Below, in pieces: positions 1 through 8,696 of a stretch of 32,027 nt of DNA. Every line of letters begins with the position of its first letter. Position 1 is the first letter of the stretch. The position numbers and the translations under genes were made by a program. The stretch covers positions 1 through 32,027 of the forward strand of contig JBBILZ010000028.1 of NCBI GenBank assembly GCA_037444665.1, given 5' to 3'. Source of the stretch: a candidate division WOR-3 bacterium. Lineage in GTDB: Bacteria; Hydrothermota; Tepidihabitantia; SM23-42; JAOAFX01. The notes beneath the pieces were generated by a model. The model worked only from the letters and a program-made list of their open reading frames with translations, ran no database searches and had not been told where the DNA came from.

Positions 1-2109
1 ATTAGAATCCAGTAAGGCAACACCCCAGGGCTTGTTGTGGTGATAATACAAATCCACAGTATCACGATTTGTGCCCTGATTATATACCCATAAATCATAA
101 TTCTTTGGCACACCCGCAACTGTATAACCAATCTGGTCAGGCTCAACCAAAATCGCCACCAATCTTTGGATTCTTGTAGTAATAAAAACTGTATCTGTAA
201 GCGCTGGATTGATATTGGAATTACCAATTAGCCTTAATGAATCAATCTCACCACCCTGGGCATTATTCGGCGGTGTAACCGCAAGAACAATCCGCACTGT
301 ATCATTGATATTGATAATCACATCAGGAAGTGAATTATTGTTATGGTCAATCAAGGGATTTGTGCCCGTAGAATCAAATAATCCTATCTGCCAGTTTGTA
401 TTATGTTGATACATTAAATCAACTGTATCAAGACCAATCCCAATATTTATCACCCTTACATCATAATTCACATGCACATTGGGCAGTGTTGAATCTGCCT
501 GATCCGGCTCAAGGATGAGACGGATAATTGGACCAGGATAATAAATCTTTATGCTATCAAACGAGAATTCTGTTGTTCTTTTATAATCAGTATGAAACAC
601 ACATCTATATTGGAGGTACATTTTGTTAGAAAGTAGGGTATCAGTTCCACCATTCTCCAGAAAAACCCAGGGACTCCAATTATTTGTATCCAGGGCACCC
701 CTTACCCACAGGGAGCAGGTTACTCCGATTGGGAAATTACCCCACCATCTTACTGAGTCAACTGTGACTGTATCATTGGCATTAAAAATATTTGAGAGAT
801 ATCGTTCTTTATTAGACCTGTCATACAGATTTCCCAAATCTTCCCAAACTGCATCGTCTGATTGCGTTGGGAAAATGAATCTATCAGTAGGTGAAAATCC
901 ATTATTATTCCAATATAGATAAGTTTGCGTACCCGCACCACCAAATACGACATCTTTTTGTCCATTGTTATCAAAATCGGCTACATTTACTACCTGCATT
1001 TGATTATTTGTTGAAAGTGGCAACGAAATAAAAGTGTTGTAGCTTGGTCCCCATATTATATAACCAGCATTTACGTTAAGCTGGTTTGCTGCAATGTCTA
1101 AATTGCCATCGCCATTGATGTCTTCTGTAGAACAATCTCCATAACCGTTTCCAAAAATATTAGTTGATGTATTAAACCCGGTAGCAGAACCCCAGAAAAT
1201 AATATCATAAAATGTTGAATTAGTATTTATAAATACATCCAAATAACCGTCGTGATTTAAATCAGCGATTGAATGATCTGAATTTCCATCCGCATTCAAA
1301 TGAAGATAGGTATTAAAATTTGGCCCCCAATATATTGTAACTCCATTGTCAACTGATGCAGAAATATCTAAATTTTGATCATAGTTTAGATCAGCAACAT
1401 TAAGACGATGGACCCAAACACTGCCGCAGATAATAGAATCATCGGGCACTTTCAAATGAAAAGGACCAGGACCTGTATAAAAGTATATCCTTTGTTGGGC
1501 ACTTAAAACAATATCTAAATAGCCATCATGATTTATATCTACCAATAAAGGAATTTGCGCACCTGCAGAATTAAAAATTACTGAATCATCGGCATAAGGC
1601 AAAAATCCGATTGTATCACCGTGAAATATGTGCGCCTTGTTATTATATTCTGCAATAATAATGTCATTGTATCTGTCATGGTTGAGATCACCTATACTAA
1701 ATCCTTGGGGGTGTGTATTTAATCCGTATAGGGTGGTCTTGCGTGTTGTATCAAAACCAATCGAACTATTCCAATATATTTCTGTGCGTGACATTCCAGC
1801 ACGACCTATAACCAGGTCGAGCCAATTATCATTATTTAAATCCCAGTCTCTTCCTATAATACGCAAGCCACCATTAATAGGTGAGTATAAATATCCGCCC
1901 AACTCATATCTTCTTAAATTTAAATTATTCCACTGCCTCGCACTGTCACCATCTAAATAATAGTACTCATACCCATCAACAAAATCTGAAGCTGTTTTTT
2001 CAACCCAAACTGATTGGCCTAACATCCATTTAACATTTATAAAGAAAAAGCACCAAAGTAGTAGGCTATAAACAGGAGTTTTATTTAAAGTTAATCTTGC
2101 GGTAATCAA
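1..2109 (-). CDS. Secreted FG-GAP/VCBS-repeat beta-propeller protein with downstream Ig-like repeats (partial, 3' end beyond window start)
   Basis: Manually translated open frame of 703 codons from TTG at 2109 with SD AGGAGG at 2115-2120. Hydrophobic N-terminus (VYSLLLWCFFF). Seven DxN/DxDxxxD Ca-binding repeats: DLNNDNWLD, DLNHDRYND, DINHDGYLD, DLNYDQNLD, DLNHDGYLD, DINGDGNLD, DFDNNGQKD. Then two similar 'EPDQ...NYD..V.N.G...DTVDL.Y.HN..W' units. Absent from the ORF track because there is no stop in the window. Confidence 0.9.
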   Translation of the reverse strand, partial: MITARLTLNKTPVYSLLLWCFFFINVKWMLGQSVWVEKTASDFVDGYEYYYLDGDSARQWNNLNLRRYELGGYLYSPINGGLRIIGRDWDLNNDNWLDLVIGRAGMSRTEIYWNSSIGFDTTRKTTLYGLNTHPQGFSIGDLNHDRYNDIIIAEYNNKAHIFHGDTIGFLPYADDSVIFNSAGAQIPLLVDINHDGYLDIVLSAQQRIYFYTGPGPFHLKVPDDSIICGSVWVHRLNVADLNYDQNLDISASVDNGVTIYWGPNFNTYLHLNADGNSDHSIADLNHDGYLDVFINTNSTFYDIIFWGSATGFNTSTNIFGNGYGDCSTEDINGDGNLDIAANQLNVNAGYIIWGPSYNTFISLPLSTNNQMQVVNVADFDNNGQKDVVFGGAGTQTYLYWNNNGFSPTDRFIFPTQSDDAVWEDLGNLYDRSNKERYLSNIFNANDTVTVDSVRWWGNFPIGVTCSLWVRGALDTNNWSPWVFLENGGTDTLLSNKMYLQYRCVFHTDYKRTTEFSFDSIKIYYPGPIIRLILEPDQADSTLPNVHVNYDVRVINIGIGLDTVDLMYQHNTNWQIGLFDSTGTNPLIDHNNNSLPDVIININDTVRIVLAVTPPNNAQGGEIDSLRLIGNSNINPALTDTVFITTRIQRLVAILVEPDQIGYTVAGVPKNYDLWVYNQGTNRDTVDLYYHHNKPWGVALLDSN

Positions 2110-2129
2110 TATGCCCTCCTGATAATAGA

Positions 2130-2157
2130 ATTATATTCACATTTTATTTACTGTCAA
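2130..2157 (-). promoter_or_regulatory. sigma70-like promoter TTGACA-N16-TATAAT for the FG-GAP gene
   Basis: Perfect -35 (2152-2157) and -10 (2130-2135) on the minus strand, upstream of the SD. Confidence 0.8.
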
Positions 2158-2259
2158 GGGCATTTTTTTATGGTTATCTTATTAGATCAGTAGAATATTC
2201 ATGTAAAATAAAATCCATTTGCACTCGTAATAATTAGTTTTTTAATGATATTAAAATAC

Positions 2260-2287
2260 TTGATATTATTGAGAAGGTGGATATAAT
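2260..2287 (+). promoter_or_regulatory. sigma70-like promoter TTGATA-N16-TATAAT for the lipoate operon (leaderless)
   Basis: -35 2260-2265, -10 2282-2287, ATG 7 nt downstream with no SD. Confidence 0.7.
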
Positions 2288-2294
2288 AACAGAA

Positions 2295-3857
2295 ATGAGT
2301 GCACGAACTTGTAGATTTATTGATACGGGTGTTCTGACTGCCACCGAGAATATGGCATTAGATGAATTACTTTTAGAGTTACGGGGTAAGAATCAAATTC
2401 CTGATACCATTCGTTTGCTCCAGTTTACTCCCGCTGCTGTGCTCGTTGGTTTTCACCAGGCAGTAGAACAGGAAGTCCGTACTGCATACTGTAAAAGAAT
2501 GGGGATTGATATAAACCGTCGTATTACTGGTGGCGGTACTATCTATTTTGATAAGAGTCAGATTGGTTGGGAGATCATAGGTGATAAAAAAAACTTTGGT
2601 TGCGAACTTCCTAATGCGAGATTTTTTGAAAGACTCTCCCTGCCAATTATCAATATGTTAAAAAAATTAGGCATTGATGCAAAATTTCGTGGCCGTAATG
2701 ATATTGAGGTGTCAGGAAGAAAGATTTCAGGTACTGGTGGTGCTGAATATAATAATGCCTTTTTATTCCAGGGCACACTCCTGATTGATTTTGATGTTGA
2801 TAATATGTTGAGGGCATTGAGGATTCCGATTGAGAAATTAAAGAAGCACGAGATTGACTCACTGAAGGAACGTGTTACCTGCCTTGCCTGGGAACTTGGT
2901 TATACACCTGATACAGCAATTATAAAAAGGATGATAAAAGAGAGCTTTCAAGAATTTTTTAATTGCCAGCTGATTGAAACAGGTTTGAGTGATATGGAAT
3001 TAGGCCTGCTTGGGCAATATGTTAAAAAATTAAATTCAGATGAGTGGATTAACAAGGTTCGTCTGCCTTTATTAGAGCAGCCCACTTTGTGGCAGGCGCG
3101 CTATACAAAAGCTGGCAAGATTAAGATATTTTTTATTGTGAATTTACGACGCAGGCGATTGCAGTATACAATTATCACCGGTGACTTTTTTGCTTTTCCC
3201 CGGGAGGCAATTTTTAACCTTGAGGCATTATTAAAAGACCTGCCTCTGGAAAAAGAAATAATTACAGGAATAATTACTGAATATTTCAAAGAAAAAAGTG
3301 GTATAATACCAGGAATAGAACTCAAAGATTTTTTGATAATGGTTAATGGGCTTTTTGAAAAATTTAAACTTATGGAATATGACATACCAGTTAGATTTGT
3401 TAATCACCTGTTTCTTGTTAATGGAACATTTGAGGAGATTATTGCCAGAAAGCCAAATCATCTTCTTCTTCCTTATTGTGCAAAATCAACTGATTGCCGG
3501 TACCGCTATCTTAATGAGTGCACATTGTGTGATGAATGTTCCACAGGTGAGGCATATAGATTGGCGCAGAAATTTAAATTGAATCCGATAACGATCACGA
3601 GTTTTGAAGATTTGATGAAAAATTTGAGAAGGTTAAAAAAGATTAATGCACCGGCATATATTGGATGTTGTTGTGAACAATTTTATGTTAAGCATCAACG
3701 GGAATTTGAAGCAAGCGGCATTCCTGCAATACTTTTGAATATAAGTGATGAAACATGTTATGACTTGGGCAAGGCAAGTTTTGCCTATAAAGGTCAATTT
3801 GAAAGTCAGACCCATCTTAATATCAACTTATTAAAAAAGGTGCTTTATGCCTTATGA
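2295..3857 (+). CDS. lplA: Lipoate-protein ligase (Lpl(AB)-type) fused to a C-terminal Cys-rich DUF116-like domain
   Basis: NMALDE, RRITGGGTIY, NDI...RKISG and FQGTLL ligase motifs; LplB-like segment (ITGDFF); C-terminal LLLPYCAK..C..C..C..C...GCCC...C. ATG 2295 preferred over GTG 2277, which lies inside the promoter. Confidence 0.88.
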   Translation: MSARTCRFIDTGVLTATENMALDELLLELRGKNQIPDTIRLLQFTPAAVLVGFHQAVEQEVRTAYCKRMGIDINRRITGGGTIYFDKSQIGWEIIGDKKNFGCELPNARFFERLSLPIINMLKKLGIDAKFRGRNDIEVSGRKISGTGGAEYNNAFLFQGTLLIDFDVDNMLRALRIPIEKLKKHEIDSLKERVTCLAWELGYTPDTAIIKRMIKESFQEFFNCQLIETGLSDMELGLLGQYVKKLNSDEWINKVRLPLLEQPTLWQARYTKAGKIKIFFIVNLRRRRLQYTIITGDFFAFPREAIFNLEALLKDLPLEKEIITGIITEYFKEKSGIIPGIELKDFLIMVNGLFEKFKLMEYDIPVRFVNHLFLVNGTFEEIIARKPNHLLLPYCAKSTDCRYRYLNECTLCDECSTGEAYRLAQKFKLNPITITSFEDLMKNLRRLKKINAPAYIGCCCEQFYVKHQREFEASGIPAILLNISDETCYDLGKASFAYKGQFESQTHLNINLLKKVLYAL

Positions 3858-4893
3858 CCTTCTTGTGGTAGGAGCTGGACCAGCAGGCTCAATGGTTGCA
3901 CAGATTGTTGCAAAGGATAATTACAAGGTATTACTCATTGATAAAAAGAGCGTGATTGGTGAACCGGTTCAGTGTGCTGAATATGTTCCTGCGCTCTTAT
4001 CAAAGGAGATTTCAATACCCGCAGAATGTATTGCCAATGAGATAAAATCCCTTGTTCTCCATGCACCGAATAAAAAGATTTATCAATTCTCAGCACCTGG
4101 TTATATCCTTAATCGTCTTCTCTTTGATAAATGGCTGGCAATCAATGCAATAAAAAATGGCGCTGAACTGTGGCTCAATACCAAATTTATAAAATTTACT
4201 GATGGATATGCCATTCTGCAAAGGCAGAATACTACTGTAAAAATCAAGGCAAAAATTATCGTAGGTGCTGATGGCCCATCTTCTGCAGTGAGGAAGGCAA
4301 TAAATGAAAAGAACGAGGACTATGTTATTGCCTATCAACAGGAATTTCCACTGGTAAATGCAATGGATTATACTGACGTATATTTTGATAAACGATTTTT
4401 TGGTGGATATGCATGGCTTTTCCCCAAGAGACACAGCGCAAATGTTGGATTAGGTATAAAACTGAAAAGTAAATCTGGTTCAGAAGTTAAAAAAGTCTTT
4501 GCATTTTTTGTGAAGAATTTAATAAAAGAAAAAAAGATTTTTTCTCATCCCATTACTACTACCAATGGTCTTATACCAGTTGGCGGTCCGATAAAGAGTG
4601 TAAAGAAAAATATTATTCTTGTTGGTGATGCTGCTGGTCAGACCCATCCCATTACCGGGGCTGGTATTAGTCAGGCAATTATCTGTGGAAAACTGGCGGC
4701 ACAGGCAATCATCAAAACATTGAAAAGCAAAGATGCAAATGACCTCAGTTATTACGAATCAGCATGGAATAACTTATACTATGATGAGTTAAAAAGGGCT
4801 GTGCAAAGACGAAAATTAATGGAATCAGAATGGAACAATCTTGAAAAAATTTTTAAAAAATGCTGGGTATCTTTTGCTGAATACTATGAATGA
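3847..4893 (+). CDS. lipT: FAD-dependent oxidoreductase, geranylgeranyl-reductase family (LipT-like)
   Basis: GAGPAGS FAD motif, GADG, GYAWLFPK, LVGDAAG...GAGI; sits between the ligase and two radical SAM genes. The symbol rests on this context. Confidence 0.72.
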   Translation: MPYDLLVVGAGPAGSMVAQIVAKDNYKVLLIDKKSVIGEPVQCAEYVPALLSKEISIPAECIANEIKSLVLHAPNKKIYQFSAPGYILNRLLFDKWLAINAIKNGAELWLNTKFIKFTDGYAILQRQNTTVKIKAKIIVGADGPSSAVRKAINEKNEDYVIAYQQEFPLVNAMDYTDVYFDKRFFGGYAWLFPKRHSANVGLGIKLKSKSGSEVKKVFAFFVKNLIKEKKIFSHPITTTNGLIPVGGPIKSVKKNIILVGDAAGQTHPITGAGISQAIICGKLAAQAIIKTLKSKDANDLSYYESAWNNLYYDELKRAVQRRKLMESEWNNLEKIFKKCWVSFAEYYE

Positions 4894-5803
4894 CCTAATG
4901 GCATTGGCAGACAAGGCACGGAACCTCTCTTACCGATACCATGGTAAAAGGGTTGTTTTTTACATACCTGGTATGTTTGTTTACAATGGCCAGCGTGGTG
5001 AATATCCTGCAATTTCATTGACTGGAACAGAATGCCATCTGTCCTGTAGCCATTGTAATGGCAAATTACTCCAATCAATGATTCCTGCAGCAACGCCAGA
5101 AAGTTTGATTGATGTTGCCGAGAAATCTTTAAGGAGTAATACCATCGGTCTTTTACTGAGTGGCGGTTTTAACGTAGAACATACTATTGATTGGCACAAT
5201 TTTTTGCCGGCAATAAAAAAGATAAAAGAATCAAAAGACCTGAAAATTTCTATTCATTGCGGAATTATAGATAAAAAGACTGCATTCGAACTAAAACAGG
5301 CAGGTGTTGACCAGGCACTGATTGATGTGATTGGTGATGATATGACAATCGCCCGCGTTTACAAAACCAATATTAAAGTCAGTCAAATTGTAGATACAAT
5401 GAAGGCGCTTCTTGAGGCAGGAATTCCAGTTATTCCGCATATTGTGGTAGGGATTGATTTTGGAAGAATTGTTGGTGAGTACTGTGCCGTTGATATGTTG
5501 AAAAATTTATCAATAAAAAAAATGGTCTTTGTCAGTTTGATGCCATTACCTGATACAGAGATGCAGGATATAAAATTGCCATTGGCAGAAGATATTGCCC
5601 GAATTTTTATATATGCCCGTCTTAAATATCCAGAAATGGAAATGGCACTCGGTTGTGCACGGAGAAGGGGATACTGGCAGATAGATACCTGGGCAATAGA
5701 TTGCGGAATGAACCGCATTGCTTTGCCTGCTGATGAAGCCATTGAGAGGGCAAAGCAATTCCATCTCAAAATTGAATGGCAAAAAACCTGTTGTTCACTC
5801 TAA
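4886..5803 (+). CDS. lipS1: Radical SAM lipoyl synthase subunit LipS1-like
   Basis: CxxxCxxC (CHLSCSHC), GCAR motif and C-terminal CC (KTCCSL), as recalled for LipS1; ATG 4886 overlaps the upstream stop. Confidence 0.78.
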   Translation: MNDLMALADKARNLSYRYHGKRVVFYIPGMFVYNGQRGEYPAISLTGTECHLSCSHCNGKLLQSMIPAATPESLIDVAEKSLRSNTIGLLLSGGFNVEHTIDWHNFLPAIKKIKESKDLKISIHCGIIDKKTAFELKQAGVDQALIDVIGDDMTIARVYKTNIKVSQIVDTMKALLEAGIPVIPHIVVGIDFGRIVGEYCAVDMLKNLSIKKMVFVSLMPLPDTEMQDIKLPLAEDIARIFIYARLKYPEMEMALGCARRRGYWQIDTWAIDCGMNRIALPADEAIERAKQFHLKIEWQKTCCSL

Positions 5804-5821
5804 GTTATGAAAGGAGCAAAA

Positions 5822-6856
5822 ATGGTAAAAGAAAGTCCTGAATATGTTCGTATTAGCCAGGCTGCGGCAATGGTGCTTGGTTTTAAAAATGGTCTATTTT
5901 ATCGCAATGCAAAGTCACCCTGTATAAACATTCTTTTAACCTATACCACTGGCTGTGCGGGAAATTGTGCTTATTGTGGACTATCAATGAAGAGGCCAGG
6001 AACATATTCAGAAAAGAGTTTTATAAGAGTAGAATGGGGAATCTATGCGTTAGAAGAAGTAATAGTTCGCATTGGAGAGAAAATTGACGATGTGAAAAGG
6101 GTCTGTATTTCTATGATTACGAACCGAAAATCAGTGAAGGATACAAAGATTATCACTTCTGTAATCAGAAAGGCATTAACGGTTCCAATCTCTATTCTTG
6201 CTGCACCTACAATTCTGGGTCCGAAAGATTTTGATGAATTTAAAAAATCTGGGGCAGACCATTTAGGTATTGCTGTTGATGCCTGCACTCCAGAGTTGTT
6301 TGATAGACTGAGAGGCAGGGGTGTTCATGGCCCCCACCAATGGGAACAGTACTGGCAGTCGTTATATAGAGCAGTAGAAGTTTTTGGCAAAGGAAATGTT
6401 GGAGTCCATCTTATTGTTGGTCTTGGTGAAACAGAGAAACAGATGGTTGAGGTAATCCAGCATGCACATAACAAGGGTATTGAAACCCATCTATTCAGTT
6501 TTTTCCCTGAATCTGATTCAGCACTCGCCCATTATAAACCACCACACATTGGCACATATCGCCGTATCCAGCTGGCACGCTATTTAATAAATAATAATTA
6601 TGCCACAATTAATGATTTAATGTTTGATGAAAAAGAAAGAATTGTCAGGTATAATATTCCGGATAATATATTGAATCCAATCATTGATACAGGCAAGCCG
6701 TTTATGACGAGTGGTTGTCCAGGAAATGATGGAGAGGTTGCCTGTAATCGTCCTTATTCTGATTCACTGCCCGGTGAGAATATCAGGAATTTCCCATTTC
6801 TTCCTGATGCTGATGACCTCATAAAAATTAAATACGAAATCAGTTTATTTGATTGA
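5822..6856 (+). CDS. lipS2: Radical SAM lipoyl synthase subunit LipS2-like
   Basis: CAGNCAYC motif, HLIVGLGETE, C-terminal TSGCPG...CNRP as recalled for LipS2; SD AAGGAG before ATG 5822 (ORF track starts at 5807). Confidence 0.8.
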   Translation: MVKESPEYVRISQAAAMVLGFKNGLFYRNAKSPCINILLTYTTGCAGNCAYCGLSMKRPGTYSEKSFIRVEWGIYALEEVIVRIGEKIDDVKRVCISMITNRKSVKDTKIITSVIRKALTVPISILAAPTILGPKDFDEFKKSGADHLGIAVDACTPELFDRLRGRGVHGPHQWEQYWQSLYRAVEVFGKGNVGVHLIVGLGETEKQMVEVIQHAHNKGIETHLFSFFPESDSALAHYKPPHIGTYRRIQLARYLINNNYATINDLMFDEKERIVRYNIPDNILNPIIDTGKPFMTSGCPGNDGEVACNRPYSDSLPGENIRNFPFLPDADDLIKIKYEISLFD

Positions 6857-6867
6857 TGTAAAAAATA

Positions 6868-6895
6868 TTGACAAATATAAAAATTTAATTATAAT
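6868..6895 (+). promoter_or_regulatory. sigma70-like promoter TTGACA-N16-TATAAT
   Basis: Perfect hexamers at 6868-6873 and 6890-6895; ATG 6906 is 10 nt downstream with no SD. Confidence 0.8.
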
Positions 6896-6905
6896 TTACT
6901 ACTTT

Positions 6906-7481
6906 ATGAAAAAGAATCGTAGAAAAGTTCTTATTGTTAATAATCTGCAATACCGGATGTTGTTACATACATTTGGATTACTGGTTGCGGTATCAATTAT
7001 ACTTGTTCTCGCATTCATTTTTATTTTTGGTATTGACCGAACATTCACGCAAGAAAAATGTTCCTTTTTCCAGTGGGCAATCTTTATAATTGTTGCCTTA
7101 ATTCTATATCTGATAAGTTATATAACAATACTGAAACTTTCTAATCGGATTTATGGACCATTGCATCGGCTTTCTGGTTATCTTAAAAGATTGAGCGAGG
7201 GTATAGAAACCGGTGAAATAAAATTTAGAAAGGATGATGTATTAAATGGTATTCAAGAAATATACAATAATCTATGCAAATCGCTGACCCGAACTCTCCA
7301 TTATGACTATAATGAGATTGTCAATACATTTTCACAACTTGAAGATATTCTTGATAAAATTCATCAAAAGACCATCACCGAGGAAGAATTAAGTGGTTCG
7401 CTGGAAAATATCTGTAGTCGTCTTGCCCGGGCACTTGATCTGACAACCGATGTAGTACATCCAAAGGATACGGATAAATAA
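6906..7481 (+). CDS. Membrane protein, two TM helices followed by a HAMP-like linker and helical tail
   Basis: Two hydrophobic segments, then SNRIYGPLHRL...IKFRKDD HAMP-like pattern; no kinase or MCP signalling domain visible. Confidence 0.7.
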   Translation: MKKNRRKVLIVNNLQYRMLLHTFGLLVAVSIILVLAFIFIFGIDRTFTQEKCSFFQWAIFIIVALILYLISYITILKLSNRIYGPLHRLSGYLKRLSEGIETGEIKFRKDDVLNGIQEIYNNLCKSLTRTLHYDYNEIVNTFSQLEDILDKIHQKTITEEELSGSLENICSRLARALDLTTDVVHPKDTDK

Positions 7482-7502
7482 AATCTAATTGTTGATTATT
7501 TT

Positions 7503-8696
7503 TTATTCGGGGATGACCTTTAAAAATTTGTGTTTTCCTGCTTTGATAATAATTGGCTTTGTCAGTTTGACTGTATAATCAATTCCATTGATTGTTTCAT
7601 TATCAATGTCTATCGCACCTTCTTTTATTTTCCGTTTTGCCTCAGCACGCGAGGGCATAAGTTCTGTTTTTACGAGCAGGTCAACGATATTAATTTTCCG
7701 GTCCGAAATATGGAACTCCTTTAATTCTGTGGGCAGTTCCTTTTTTGTGAAAATTTTTTCAAATTCCTGCGCTGCCTTTTCTGCCTGTTCAGCTGAATAA
7801 TACATTCTGACCAGAGTCTTTGCCAGATTAAATTTTGCATCCCGTGGATTTATTGAGCCATCTTTCAATCCTCTTCTGTATTCTTCAATTTTGTGCGGGA
7901 ATGCATCGGTGACCAATTCAAAATATTTAATAATTAAATCATCAGGTATGGACATCGTTTTTCCAAAGATTTCTTTGGGTGGTTCAGTAATACCGATGTA
8001 ATTGCCAAAACTCTTGCTCATTTTTCTTATACCATCAGTGCCTTCCAGGATGGGCATAGTCATTACAACCTGGGGCTCCATTTTAAATTCCTGCATTAAT
8101 TCCCGTCCCACAAGCAGATTAAATTTCTGGTCAGTTCCACCCAATTCAACATCTGCCTTTGTAGCAACAGAATCATAAGCCTGGAATAGTGGATAAAGAA
8201 TTTCATGCATGTATACCGGTATGCCCTGTTTTAGGCGGTCAGAAAAATCATTGCGTTCAATAATCCTTGCAACCGTATATTTTGCGGCAAGTTCTATAAA
8301 GTCATAAATACTGAGACTACCGAGCCATTTTGAGTTGTAAGTAAATTCTGTTTTTTTGGGGTCAAGAATTTTGAAGATCTGCTCTTTGTATCTTGCCATA
8401 TTCTTTTTTATCTGCTCACGCGTAAGTTTGGGTCGTGTTTTTGAGAGGCCGCTGGGGTCGCCGATCATACCAGTAAAGTCGCCGACCACGAGAACTACAA
8501 TGTGCCCCAGTTCCTGGAATTGTTTTAATTTCCGCAGCTGGACACTGATACCGAGGTGTATCTCAGGCGCAGATGGGTCAATACCCAATTTAATACGAAG
8601 TGGTCTGTGCCTTTTTAATTTTTTTATTAATTCATCTTCATTAATGATTTCGGTAGTATTTATTTTAAGCAAATCAAATTGCTTTTCTGGTTCCAT
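7503..8696 (-). CDS. tyrS: Tyrosine--tRNA ligase (TyrZ-like type, C-terminal S4 domain)
   Basis: KLGIDPSAPEIHLG (HIGH-like), YPLFQAYDS, ELGGTDQKFN, KMSKS. Confidence 0.96.
   Translation of the reverse strand: MEPEKQFDLLKINTTEIINEDELIKKLKRHRPLRIKLGIDPSAPEIHLGISVQLRKLKQFQELGHIVVLVVGDFTGMIGDPSGLSKTRPKLTREQIKKNMARYKEQIFKILDPKKTEFTYNSKWLGSLSIYDFIELAAKYTVARIIERNDFSDRLKQGIPVYMHEILYPLFQAYDSVATKADVELGGTDQKFNLLVGRELMQEFKMEPQVVMTMPILEGTDGIRKMSKSFGNYIGITEPPKEIFGKTMSIPDDLIIKYFELVTDAFPHKIEEYRRGLKDGSINPRDAKFNLAKTLVRMYYSAEQAEKAAQEFEKIFTKKELPTELKEFHISDRKINIVDLLVKTELMPSRAEAKRKIKEGAIDIDNETINGIDYTVKLTKPIIIKAGKHKFLKVIPE

Noticed and set aside
209..1960. Short ORFs from the track (209-409, 623-922, 750-974, 1628-1960)
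   Set aside because: Antisense or out-of-frame shadows of the long FG-GAP gene at 1-2109(-).
3847..4893. Archaeal-type lipid or chlorophyll geranylgeranyl reductase
   Set aside because: No isoprenoid or lipid genes nearby; the lipoate operon context points to LipT.
4886..6856. Biotin synthase (bioB) or HydE call for the two radical SAM genes
   Set aside because: The GCAR/CC and TSGCP..CNRP motifs and linkage to a lipoate ligase fit LipS1/LipS2 better.
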